DNA of 64,000 nucleotides from Diadema antillarum (Eukaryota): NCBI RefSeq assembly GCF_040938485.1, contig NW_027271097.1, positions 248,001 to 312,000 of the forward strand, read 5' to 3'. Shown piece by piece: positions 1 to 10,421 of this stretch (position 1 is its first letter; each line of letters starts with the position of its first letter). The notes under the pieces were generated by a model. It saw only the letters and a program-made list of their open reading frames with translations, ran no database searches and was not told where the DNA came from. The position numbers and the translations under genes were made by a program.

Positions 1-420
1 GCTTTTTTTTACTTGTAAAGTTTTAATAATATCTGAAACTTCGCTTTCACAAATTTCACTGAAATGGAATAAGTTTGTATTTGCATTTGGAGTGGTTTGC
101 TTATCATTACAATCTTTATCTGAATTGATTTTAATGTTACCTTGAATCTTTTTGCCAATACTTAGAAAATGTGAATTTAATAACTCAGCTATTTCTTTCT
201 TATCACTCACATCGTTACCTTTATGTTTAATCTGAGTGATTGCACACAATTTATTTTTCTTGGGAAGTACGTATTGTAATGATTTCCACACGTCTCCTGA
301 TTGCCCCTTGCATGATTCTATTGAATTTGAAATGTAATGTCTCTTTGCAACTCGTATGCTGGTGTGTTTAACGTAGTCTTTTGTCATCTAATTTAACGTA
401 GTCCTTTGTCATCTTATAAG
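1..420 (-). mobile_element. Non-LTR retrotransposon (CR1/L2 group) ORF2 fragment, endonuclease-RT linker, running off the left edge
   Basis: Manual minus-strand translation from ~355 to 1 has no stops: RVAKRHYISNSIESCKGQSGDVWKSLQYVLPKK...DKKEIAELLNSHFLSIGKKI...FHFSEICESEVSDIIKTLQVKKS. This fits the linker just upstream of the RT domain. It lacks an ATG, so it is absent from the ORF track. A small ~27-bp duplication lies at 367-415. Confidence 0.75.
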
Positions 421-654
421 ATGAAAGTACAAGCTATGGTATAATGTAAAATGAACATAATTGGATTGGACGTGCTGAAAAGATATCTGACGAATATAAA
501 GTATAAACGATGGCGGCGGGCAGTTAAGTATAGAGATCTTTTCAGAAACATATTAACAATAGTGGAAGAATTGCGTAATGGCGAGAAGAAATTAATAAAC
601 ATATTTTATAGTCTTTTTGGTAGACGCGTGTGTTGCTTTGGTTATTTTGTGGAT

Positions 655-1027
655 GTCTGTGTATGTACATGTATTATGTATATGTATAGTATATGTATAC
701 CTTATGTATATATGTATATATATGTATAAATGAGTCTGCACGCACAAATATGGAAATAAAGAAAAATGGACATAAGGGACAGGAGAAGAAACAAGGTGAG
801 ATGAAAACTAATAAAACTCTCCAACCCATTAACCAATGAAAGCATCGTACTGCTATGAGATAAACAAAACTAATCTTGTTTATTCAAGCCGACCCAGATC
901 ATCAAGTTTTACAGCATAACCCAAAATACCCCCCAAAGAACTCTAGCATAATCATGTATATGTATATGTATGTATGTATAATATATATACATATACATAC
1001 ATACATACATATATATACATATACATA
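655..1027. repeat. Two TA/TACA/TATG microsatellite tracts (~655-726, ~955-1027)
   Basis: Directly visible low-complexity runs; they explain the Y/I/M/C-rich spurious ORFs here. Confidence 0.85.
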
Positions 1028-1464
1028 ATTATGGTTACCTGTCTTCATAATGTGTGTGGAGATTTGAAAGTGTATATGTGCGTACATATTTGTATCTATA
1101 TGTGTGTGCGCAATACGTGTTTGTACGTGTTCATAATTATGTATGCTTGTTTGTGATCGTAGGTATATATATGTTATATCATATAAGATTGACGCATATA
1201 TACACTCCTATTAGTTTTGTTATTTTCTGCTGTCTCTGCCTCTATCATTGTCGTTATCATTTTCACTATTGTCTTGATCATCATTATTTTTTGTATATAT
1301 CATGTTCTGTATTTTGTTCGATTTCTTTAATCCTCAGTCTTGATAAAGGGCAGGGCCCGAAAGCCCGAGAAGTAAAATAATATTGTGAGGATTCAAAAGC
1401 TACGTCAACTGCCTCTTCCTTACTCTCACCTACACACTACTAAGATGCGACGGCCCAGGGGTTT

Positions 1465-1680
1465 NNNNNNNNNNNNNNNNNNNNNNNNNNNNNNNNNNNN
1501 NNNNNNNNNNNNNNNNNNNNNNNNNNNNNNNNNNNNNNNNNNNNNNNNNNNNNNNNNNNNNNNNNNNNNNNNNNNNNNNNNNNNNNNNNNNNNNNNNNNN
1601 NNNNNNNNNNNNNNNNNNNNNNNNNNNNNNNNNNNNNNNNNNNNNNNNNNNNNNNNNNNNNNNNNNNNNNNNNNNNNNNN
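1465..1680. other. Assembly gap (216 N)
   Basis: Run of n. Confidence 1.
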
Positions 1681-2247
1681 AATAAAGGAAATGGAAAGGG
1701 GAGAGAAGAAGAGAAAGATGAGATGAAAACTGATAAAATTTTAACTTTCAGACTTGCAGAGTAAGCCTAACTCATTAACTAATGGGATCATTGCACGTGG
1801 GATAAACAAAACTCAGCTTGTTTATCCAGTCCTTCATTCAATCACGGAGACTTTTTAGAAGGGTCCTGAAGGGATATCATGTATAGCAGCCATTCGAACG
1901 AAGCAAAGGAAAAGAGAAATATTAACACACTGAAAATTTTGTCATATTCACGCAAACCCAGATTACCAAGTTTTACAACACAGAATGCAACACACTGAAT
2001 GGTATCTGATACAATGACTTTGAATGAATTGAAATGACTTTGGAATTTTACCATAGATGTGTTTATCAGGGTGCGTGTGAGAAAGAACAAAATAATAATT
2101 ATCAGGGGGAGGAGGGAAGAGAGAGAGAGAGAGGGGGGGGGGGGTCCAACGAATGAGCAAAACAAAAGAATCATGTTGTGAATGATACAAGAGGTAAAAG
2201 AATACGAGGGCAACTTAGTTTGTTATATAATAGGATCAGTCACAATA

Positions 2248-3695
2248 AGTTTTTTAAATCTTTGAATACTATATTGTATAAGTTCATTTGGAATGGGGGC
2301 AATGATAGGATTAAAAGGCAGTATTTATGTAATGATTACTCCCAGGGTGGTTTACGAATGATCGACCCCTCGATTTTTGCTCTTTCTCAGAAATTGAATT
2401 GGGTTAAAATGTTATATGATGAAAATTTTGACAGTTTCTGGAAACGTATGGAGCTTTCAGTTCTAGAGAATTTCTCCCCGGTAACGGATATTTTGTGGAA
2501 AACCAATGCTCCAGAATCTATATCAAAGAGATTGCCATTTGTTCAGTTAGCCGATTCTTTAAGGTCCTGGTATTCATTCAGAGAAAAATTGGTTAAAATT
2601 GAATTTGGATCTGCTTATTCTGAAATAGGTGCATGTCAGTCTTTATGGTTCAATAAGAATATTCGATCCAGATCAAAACAATTCTTTGTATATGACAATT
2701 GGTTACAGAAGGGTTTGATTTATATTAATGAATTATTGGATCCTGTTCACCCTGGGAGTAAATTATTTGAAGAGCTGGTGCTTGATTATGATATAGATAA
2801 ATCAGATAGGAGGAAATATAATTTTTTAATGAAGAATATTCCACAAGAATGGCTCACACATTCAGAAATGAATCAAGATTTTATTTTTGAAACGACTATA
2901 GGTAAACTTATGCAAACTCGTAAGGATTCCAAGTATGTATATGATGTAATGTTGGAAAAGGTCATCCCAGTTAATCATTTTTCTTTTTGGAATGACTTAT
3001 TTAACCTAAATTCTCCCATATGGGAAAAAATCCTTATGAGAAATTTGACAAGCACTATTGATACTCGATTACGATCCTTTTTTGTAAAACTGTTTTATAG
3101 GGCAATAGCCTTAAATGATTTTCTATTTAAAATCAAGAGAAAAGATTCACCATTATGTTTCTTTTGTAATAAATCGCCTGAAACTTTTTTACATTTGTCT
3201 ATTTTATGCCCCCATATACTACCTTTATGGCAAAAGATAATAGACATTATAAATCACAAGGAAAAGAAAAAATTACATATTTTCTAATTTTGAGAAGATG
3301 TTCGGTCTCTATGGAGACTCTTATATATCATATATTTTTTTAATCTGTAAAGTTTTTCATATATGTCTGTAAATTCCAGAATAAAACCTCTACTTTGGAA
3401 TCTTTCCAGGCTTACTTAAATAATAATAAAGAAATAGAATATAGAATTTCTAAAAAGAAAGGCAAACTTGGTAGTCATTTTCAAAAATGGAGGTTTGATA
3501 TTTAATTTGAACTGTATACTTTTTCTTCAAGGTATTTTTGTCATATTTGATATGAGATATTTTTAAGTATCCACTTTGTTTTGCTGCACTTTTTTATTAT
3601 GTGATTCTGTAATTCGATTGATTATTTTCCTTTTTATTCTTTGCGGTAAATGGCATTTGTTTTACCAATAAATACTGAATGAAAAAAAAAAAAAA
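2248..3695 (+). mobile_element. 5'-truncated L1/Tx1-clade LINE (ORF2 C-terminal part, CCHC zinc knuckle, 3' UTR, poly-A) with 16-bp target-site duplication
   Basis: ORF contains KFIWNGGNDRIKR...QGGLRMID and CFFCNKSPETFLHLSILCPH. Two frameshifts (~3285, ~3350) precede the terminal ...KKKGKLGSHFQKWRFDI* (stop 3503-3505). AATAAA and a poly-A run at 3682-3695. TSD aggatcagtcacaata at 2232-2247 and 3695-3710. Confidence 0.92.
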
Positions 3696-4219
3696 GGATC
3701 AGTCACAATACCATGACGTCTATGGCACGGTTGAGCTTCGTGAACGTAGATTCATCCAAGATGCTATCCTTGTCATACCCTCCTTCTACACGACTGAAAA
3801 CAGAACATAATAGTTACAGAGATGTCATCCCATAATTCTTACCTCATTAAGGTTGAATATATGGCTGTGACATTGGAAAACATCAAAAGCTTTATGGATT
3901 GAGATATTTCCTTTTGTTGTTTATAAGAGAGAAGGAGAAAGGAAAGTTTGGTCAAGAAGTATGCGCAGAAAATACTTAGCGATAACGAAACATGCTTTTA
4001 AAACTCGATACCTTATCACGTGAGTTGCAGTGCTTGAATATTGTTATAAACTTCCGCCATGTTCCCAGTCGTCTAAAGAGCTTTGACCGTGACCGTGTTG
4101 TCTGCAAGAGTGTCCTGATACAGTAGGTTGGGGGCACGTTTGTCCGAAGAGCTCAATTCCTTCATTCCCATTCCATGCTGGGGAACATTTGATGTGCTGG
4201 AAAGAAATCCCATATTCAC

Positions 4220-7200
4220 ATGATGATAGGGAAAACTTCGATTTGTGTGATGTTGGTTGTCTTGGCAACCGGGCTGCCGGGACGAGACGGCAAGATTACG
4301 TGCATGGATCCCAGTGGTAACCCTGTAGACTGGTGAGTTCAGATACTTTCGTTTTGTGTGACATTCTAGTATTTCATCTTAGATTTGCTGACAGTTTTAT
4401 CTAAGCTTATCCTATGTACATTAAACACACAGCTTTGACAGCTGTTTATGTGACTTCGCCCATCCTCTTGACCATTGGATATCTAACAATGATATAGATT
4501 GATAGTAATTTACAAGGATTTTTGGTGTACTGAAAGAGAAAGATTGGGAAGGACATGGAGGAAGTACGAGATGGAGAGAACAGTCTATTCTCAAACTACT
4601 CCTCTTTGAAACTTCAGGTTTATTGTCTACAAGCTACCTCGAGATTCAAAGAGCAGTGACCCGCTCATCAAAGAGGGCGTTGCTCACATGTACATGGATG
4701 TGAACAACCAGTTTTTCTCGCGGTCCACGGTCTCCCTCAAAGACACCAACCAGGCTGTGGCCCGAACTCTGCAGCAAATTTACAAGAATCACCAAAGTCA
4801 GGTAAAACTTTTCTCTCATAAATACAGATTCTCCCTCGTCAAATTCAAGATATATTCAGCTCAAGCCAACAAAATTAATGTTACTTTGTTCATATGCAAA
4901 TGTCATATTGTAGGCCTATACTTTCGTCGGATATGAAATAAAATAAAATAACTGAATGTATGTTGTATTCGGTAGCGTATGTGACAATTACGAATAACTA
5001 AGCAATTAAAAAACCTGAATTATAGACCTTTCAGAAATGTTCACTAATAAACAAACAAACAAACAAACAAACAAGTAGACAAGCACTCATAATTTTGTCT
5101 TGATCTTTAAACACGGACAACAATAATCCTAAGCGATGCTCTAGTGATGGTTAAAGCCCAAGTTTTGTGAAATGATCGAGAATTTGGAAATGCATACGCA
5201 ATCTCCGTTTTCACTTTCGCAGGAGACTTCTTGTATCTCAATGGATTAGACCACAGATTACCAGTCACGAGGTCCATGGTTCGAAAATTATAGCAAGTCA
5301 CTTTGTCCTCATTTGCCTATGTTTATAGTCCTTTGGAGGGAACTTAAAGGGGAAGGCTAGTAACTGATCAGTGGGAATCAGTGGAAATGCTGGGAGATGA
5401 TTGTTCCAATCCTTATGGGATTCATTCAAGAGTTCATTGTATATCTATTGTTGTGTGAAAATGATTTGCTTCAGAACGGTCTCATATTCAAGTAATGTGC
5501 AGATTAATGCTCCGTCACTGACCAGGGACGCTAACCTGGAAGCATTAAACTGCACATTACTTGAATATGAGACCATTCTGAAGCAAATCATTTTCACACA
5601 ACAATAGATATACAATGAACTCTTGAATGAATCCCATAAGAATTGGAACAATCATCTCCCAGCATTTCCACTGATTCCCACTGATCAGTTACTAGCCTTC
5701 CCCTTTAAAGCTGCAGGTCCTGTCCTGGTTACTTATAAGCATTAAATGATTCCTTAGCGGTCACATAAAACACAATCAATTCTAATCAATCAAAATAAGA
5801 AATCAATGTAAAGTCTAGGTAAAAATATTGTTTATGCTTTACTCTGAGGCATGTCATGTCTGTACTGCCATCATTATTTCAGATCTTGAATCGCATTCAA
5901 ATGTAATTGAGAGGTGGGGCATGGCCAGGAATAACCAAACACATTTCCTTTTCCTGTCGACTCAATATGAAGAGGAAACTTTCTGAAATACATACGTGCT
6001 AATGTACTTTAAACAATCTCGATCCATCTCTGTCCTAAAAACGCAGTAATGGCCCATACTCATATCAATCTTGATATTTGATTCCGAAATGGACTTCGCC
6101 ATATTTTAATCACTTTTTGTCACCTGAAACACATTAAAGTTCATAAAAACTACATTTAATATAACATAGCTTTTCCATGCCGTTTGATGTGCATAATCTT
6201 GGCAGCAGTGTCTGAAAGTGATCTACTTGTCTATTCCCGCTTTCCTTCATCCTATATGTTTCTATTTCACAGGATGTTGTGTATGTAATGTACAACGACG
6301 CGTTTCCAAATGGAAAGACCTACTCACGTGGGGGACAGACGAAAGGTAGGGACCAGTTTCATCTTGACATTTTCTTTCAATGTCATTCTCCGAATGAACC
6401 AGCATTTTGGAATCTCACCTTGGAATCAATACAGGCTGAAACATTCAATGCGTGAAATATTAGAATGATTATACAAAAACTGATACTTAAAGGTCATAAT
6501 TGGATTTGTTCAAGTGCTTGTTGACCAGTAACAATACCTTATGAATAGAAAGAATCCAACAAAACTTTCATTACTAATTCAGTTAGTTTGCTATCTAAAT
6601 GTCAACTCCAAGCATTGCACGTTATCAACTTAACAAGCTATCGGGTGTCCATCTTAAATTATATTTGGTATATGATACGACTTAGCGACCACGCCCCTCT
6701 GCTAGACTTATTTTGTAGATTTGGCAAGGATGTTGTCATCTTTTAAGGTGTGCTATTTTCTTTGATAGCTTCAGCAAGCAATTCTTCTTACAGGTGACCT
6801 TGCTTTCGATCAGAAATCGGGATTCTGGTTGATTCACAGCGTCCCGAAATTCCCGGATAACTCTGATCAGAGTTACGTGTGGCCATCTAACGCCGAGACA
6901 TATGGCCAGTCCATGCTGTGTATCTCCATGAAGACTTCAGAGTTCGTCAAAGTTGGTAATGTGAAAGGCTTTACATACACTCACTTGACTACTTGTGCTG
7001 GTGCTGCTAATTTGGTATTTGTGAGGACTATGTACCACATATCCGCAGTTACCACTACTGTATCTCCTCCTCTTTTTTCCCTTACAATATGAACTTCACT
7101 TGTGGGAAATTGAATACAACAATGCATTGAAGTCATCCTGATAGCAAACTTCTATGGTCACTTTAATGTTGAGAATGAGAGGGACGTTACGTTATCTTGA

Positions 7201-10200
7201 ACACTATAGTGGCAACTTATCAATGCTTAATGCATCGATTATTCTCAACCAATGTTTTGATGTGAGCAATTAGAAGATAGAGAAGAAGGAAAATACTGCT
7301 ACCAATGTAGTATCTGAACGGTAACTTCACAGAGCAGACGAGGCATCGGAATGTTGGATATCTGCAAGTGAAGAAGACGACTTGATAAGATTAGAACTAA
7401 ATTTGTTAAGGACAAGAAATCAAGAAGACGACTGCTGTTACAGAAATCTGCAAATCGATTTGTTTGAGTAAAAGTCACCTTTTGATATCAAAAAAAGTGT
7501 CTTCCCGTCAGTACTCTTCAGATTACTTAATATCATTCTTCTATCATTCGACAAACTTCTCCCACAGCTCACCAGCTTTTGTACAACAACCCATTGGTGT
7601 ACGACGCAAACATCCCGCAGGCCTTCCGCCTGAAATTTCACGACCTCCTCTCGGTCACCGAGGGGCGCCACGTCGAAAGCGCTCCTTGGAACAGCTCGGT
7701 TGTCTTGACTTCTGCAGGTGGACAAGCCTTCATCAGTTATGCTAAGTTCGTCAAGTTCGATGAAGGTGAAACTATTTTGCGACCGTGAAGAATGATTACA
7801 ATGAAAGTAACAAACATAATGACAACTGTGACGACAATGACAAAACTAATGATGATGATAACTGATGGATAAGAAATTGGTGAGTGGATTACCAGGTCAA
7901 AGAAGACATTTTTAGGTGGATAGATCTATCATGACTAGCGTCGTAACTAATTTAATGACGATTGATTAAGATTTATCCACACAAACAATCGATAGCCCAA
8001 AGGATAAAAATTCGTTGCAAATGATAATTGTTACCACGGAAGAGCAGACGAACAGAAGGAGTGGTAATGATATCAATGTTGATAGTGATGATGGTGATAA
8101 TAGCGATTGTGACATGCATAAATCTTAAACCTCGTTACTAGCTTTACCAAGAAAGTCGACAAATTAAATCGCATCGGTTGTATATAAAGAATACAATCAG
8201 TTCAGTTCAGTTTATTTTGTTTTATTTTAGCACGAAACCTGCTTCAGCCATTGGCTGTTCTTATAGATACATCATCACACATTATACAATAACAAACATA
8301 TCAAACAAGAAAAACAAAAATACAATACATTGATTAAAATAACCCCCCCAAAAATACACAAATACAAGAAAGTACAAACAAAAAACACCAAACGTTTACC
8401 ATCTCCCTTCCCCCGTCCACTGATAACATAATACTAAATATCATCATCATATATATCTTTATCCATCAAATATGTTTCATAAATTAACTCCATTTCTGTC
8501 TTATACCTAAACGCTTAACTTAAATCCAGCAAATGACTTATCTTTTATATGTACAGGAAGTTGATTCCACCGTGTGATTCCCCTATTGATAAACTCCATT
8601 TCTTAAAATTTGTACGTGGTCTTTGTAATTTTAAATTCGTACATATATTTCTCAAATCATAATAAAATTCTTTGAATACAAAATATTTCATAAACTCACT
8701 AGGCAATGATTTTGAGGAAATGATCAGATCTAAAATAGTACTGATAACAATCATGGAAATGATGACAAAGGCATTGATGATTAAGTTGTCGAACCAGACG
8801 GATCAAACGAAGATGCTAATAGAAGGCTGTTACATTGCCGATGGCGTTGGTGCGACGATGCATAATTCCCAACCCTCCCCCCCCCTAAAAAAAAAAAAAC
8901 ATAACCTGATTTGTCATCACAAATGAGATAAATTACCAATAAACGATTATGATATGGTCGCCACAGATCTGTACTCGTACTGGGTGGCACCTGATTTGGG
9001 AGACGATATGTATGCCGAGACGTGGAGAAACGCGAGGAGCAAGCTGCCGTCTTTCTGCACCGGCGAGTACAAGGTGGAAAATGTCGACCACGTCACCTTT
9101 AATGGCATGCTGAGTTTCAATTCGACCAAGGACAGCTCTAAATGGGCAATCAGCGAGCACAAGCAGTGGACATGCATCGGCGACATTAACAGAACTGTAA
9201 GTAATCAAATTAAATGCGCGTATATTCAAGCTGTGTATACGAAAAATGATAAACAGTGATGAGTTGTTACTACAACTCATGCTTTTGTTAATATGCGGTC
9301 ACAGCGGGAGTTAAAAAGACAGGGGACAAAAAAATGATGGTAGAAATTCTAAGGATTAGAGTTTTGTGCAAAGAGATAAACGAATAATACATGGATTGGT
9401 AGATACAAGTACAGTGTCTTCTGCTTCTGTTTTGTATTACTCAATTCAATTCAATACAGGTTTTTATTAAAATCATATCTAGCAGCCAAAGGCTGAATTG
9501 CACATGGTTACAAATCATCATTCATACAAGTAGATATTACAGTAATCTAAAACAATAATTTCAAGCTATGAAAAAAACCCAAATAAGTCTACCTTCTTGG
9601 CAAAGATAGAAGGTAAACTAAAAGGTACCTGTAAAAATGATATAAAGTAAATATGAGATAACATACAGTAAAGCAAATATAAGAATATGATATCTATCTA
9701 AAATTCATGGAAAATGTAAATATAAATGGGTTTTGTTAAGATTGCGTAGAGAAAAAAAAATAGATTGGCTGCAAAATGAAACAAAAATTGAGTTATACCA
9801 TGAAACTTAATCTTACTTGGTTAAAAAAAAAAATCAATAAATGTGTTAACCCGTTGAAGTCTAGTCCCGAGTATGCTCAGGCAGGTGTCTTTGGGAAATG
9901 CCTGTTGTAGCAAAATCTGCCCGTTTAAAATAAATGATAGAGTGTATTCAAATATGAGTACATGTGTGATACATGTATATTCATAAATTTTTGTGACACC
10001 GAAACCCGTATTTTAAGCTTTATAAAGCGTAAATACTTACATATTCAAATATGAGTACATGTATCATACATACATATTAATAAATTTTATGACACCAAAA
10101 CCCTTATTTTAAGCTTAAAAAAGTAAATACTTACATAGCACAAATAATGTCATTATAGAACAAATGCGACTCAAAAGAGGCTAACAATTGGAACTTCTTC

Positions 10201-10421
10201 AGTACAATAAAACATGAATTAGATATCAGTTAATACCAGCATTCCTGTCGCCTGTTTCGTTGCCTGCTTTGCAAGTAATTTGTGTCTTTGTGTTTAAACA
10301 GAAAAGCCAGTATGACAGGGGAGGTGGTACCGTATGCTTCAATATTCCCGCTGTCTGGTTCGCCTTCAACACACTGATTGCCGACTTCTCCCGCTGTCCC
10401 GCTTCTCTAAATCATTCCTGA
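4220..10421 (+). CDS. DNASE2: Deoxyribonuclease II family (plancitoxin-like) protein, copy A, 359 aa; both catalytic His substituted (predicted pseudo-nuclease)
   Basis: Exons 4220-4332, 4618-4801, 6273-6345, 6794-6955, 7568-7765, 8967-9196, 10302-10421. All introns are GT-AG, phases are compatible, total 1080 nt. Signal-peptide-like N-terminus, then ITCMDPSGNPVDWFIVYKLP, VMYND, GGQTKG, GFWLIHSVPKFP, YGQSMLCIS, DLYSYWVAP, AETW, KDSSKW, CIGDINR, SQYDRGGGTVC. Confidence 0.93.
5241..5760 (+). mobile_element. tRNA-derived SINE remnant interrupted by a foldback MITE
   Basis: tRNA-like head (ggattagacc...gaggtccatggttcgaaa) and a body (...cctttggagggaacTTAA|agctgcaggtcctgtcc...gcattaaatgattcc) resembling the SINE at ~18905-19112. 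The body rejoins when 5348-5708 is removed. Confidence 0.5.
5344..5708. mobile_element. Foldback MITE with TTAA target-site duplication (Kolobok/piggyBac-type TSD)
   Basis: TTAA at 5344-5347 and 5705-5708. Arms 5348-5513 and 5538-5704 are near-perfect reverse complements around a 24-nt loop. Termini are AGGGG...CCCCT. Confidence 0.9.
9846..9928. mobile_element. Short TTAA-flanked MITE; related copy in opposite orientation at 31664-31758
   Basis: ttaacccgttgaagtctagtcccgagtatgctcaggcagg...tgttgtagcaaaatc matches the reverse complement of 31664-31758. Confidence 0.6.
9945..10137. repeat. Tandem dimer, ~97-bp unit
   Basis: tattcaaatatgagtacatgt...gtaaatacttaca starts at 9945 and at 10042. Confidence 0.85.

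Noticed and set aside
2178-2247. N-terminus MNDTRGKRIRGQ... of the 369-aa ORF as a real gene start
   Set aside because: It lies outside the TSD; it is flanking DNA in frame with a truncated LINE ORF2.
5401-5651. Pair of near-identical ORFs on opposite strands
   Set aside because: Mirror-image artefact of the foldback MITE.
4220-10421. Copy A as a conventional pseudogene
   Set aside because: No frameshift, premature stop or broken splice site across 7 exons despite ~20% amino-acid divergence from copy B. Expression is still unproven.
4618-10421. Global shift to a more basic, DNA-clamping surface in copy A
   Set aside because: Gains of Arg/Lys are roughly offset by losses and new Asp/Glu; no clear net trend without a structure.
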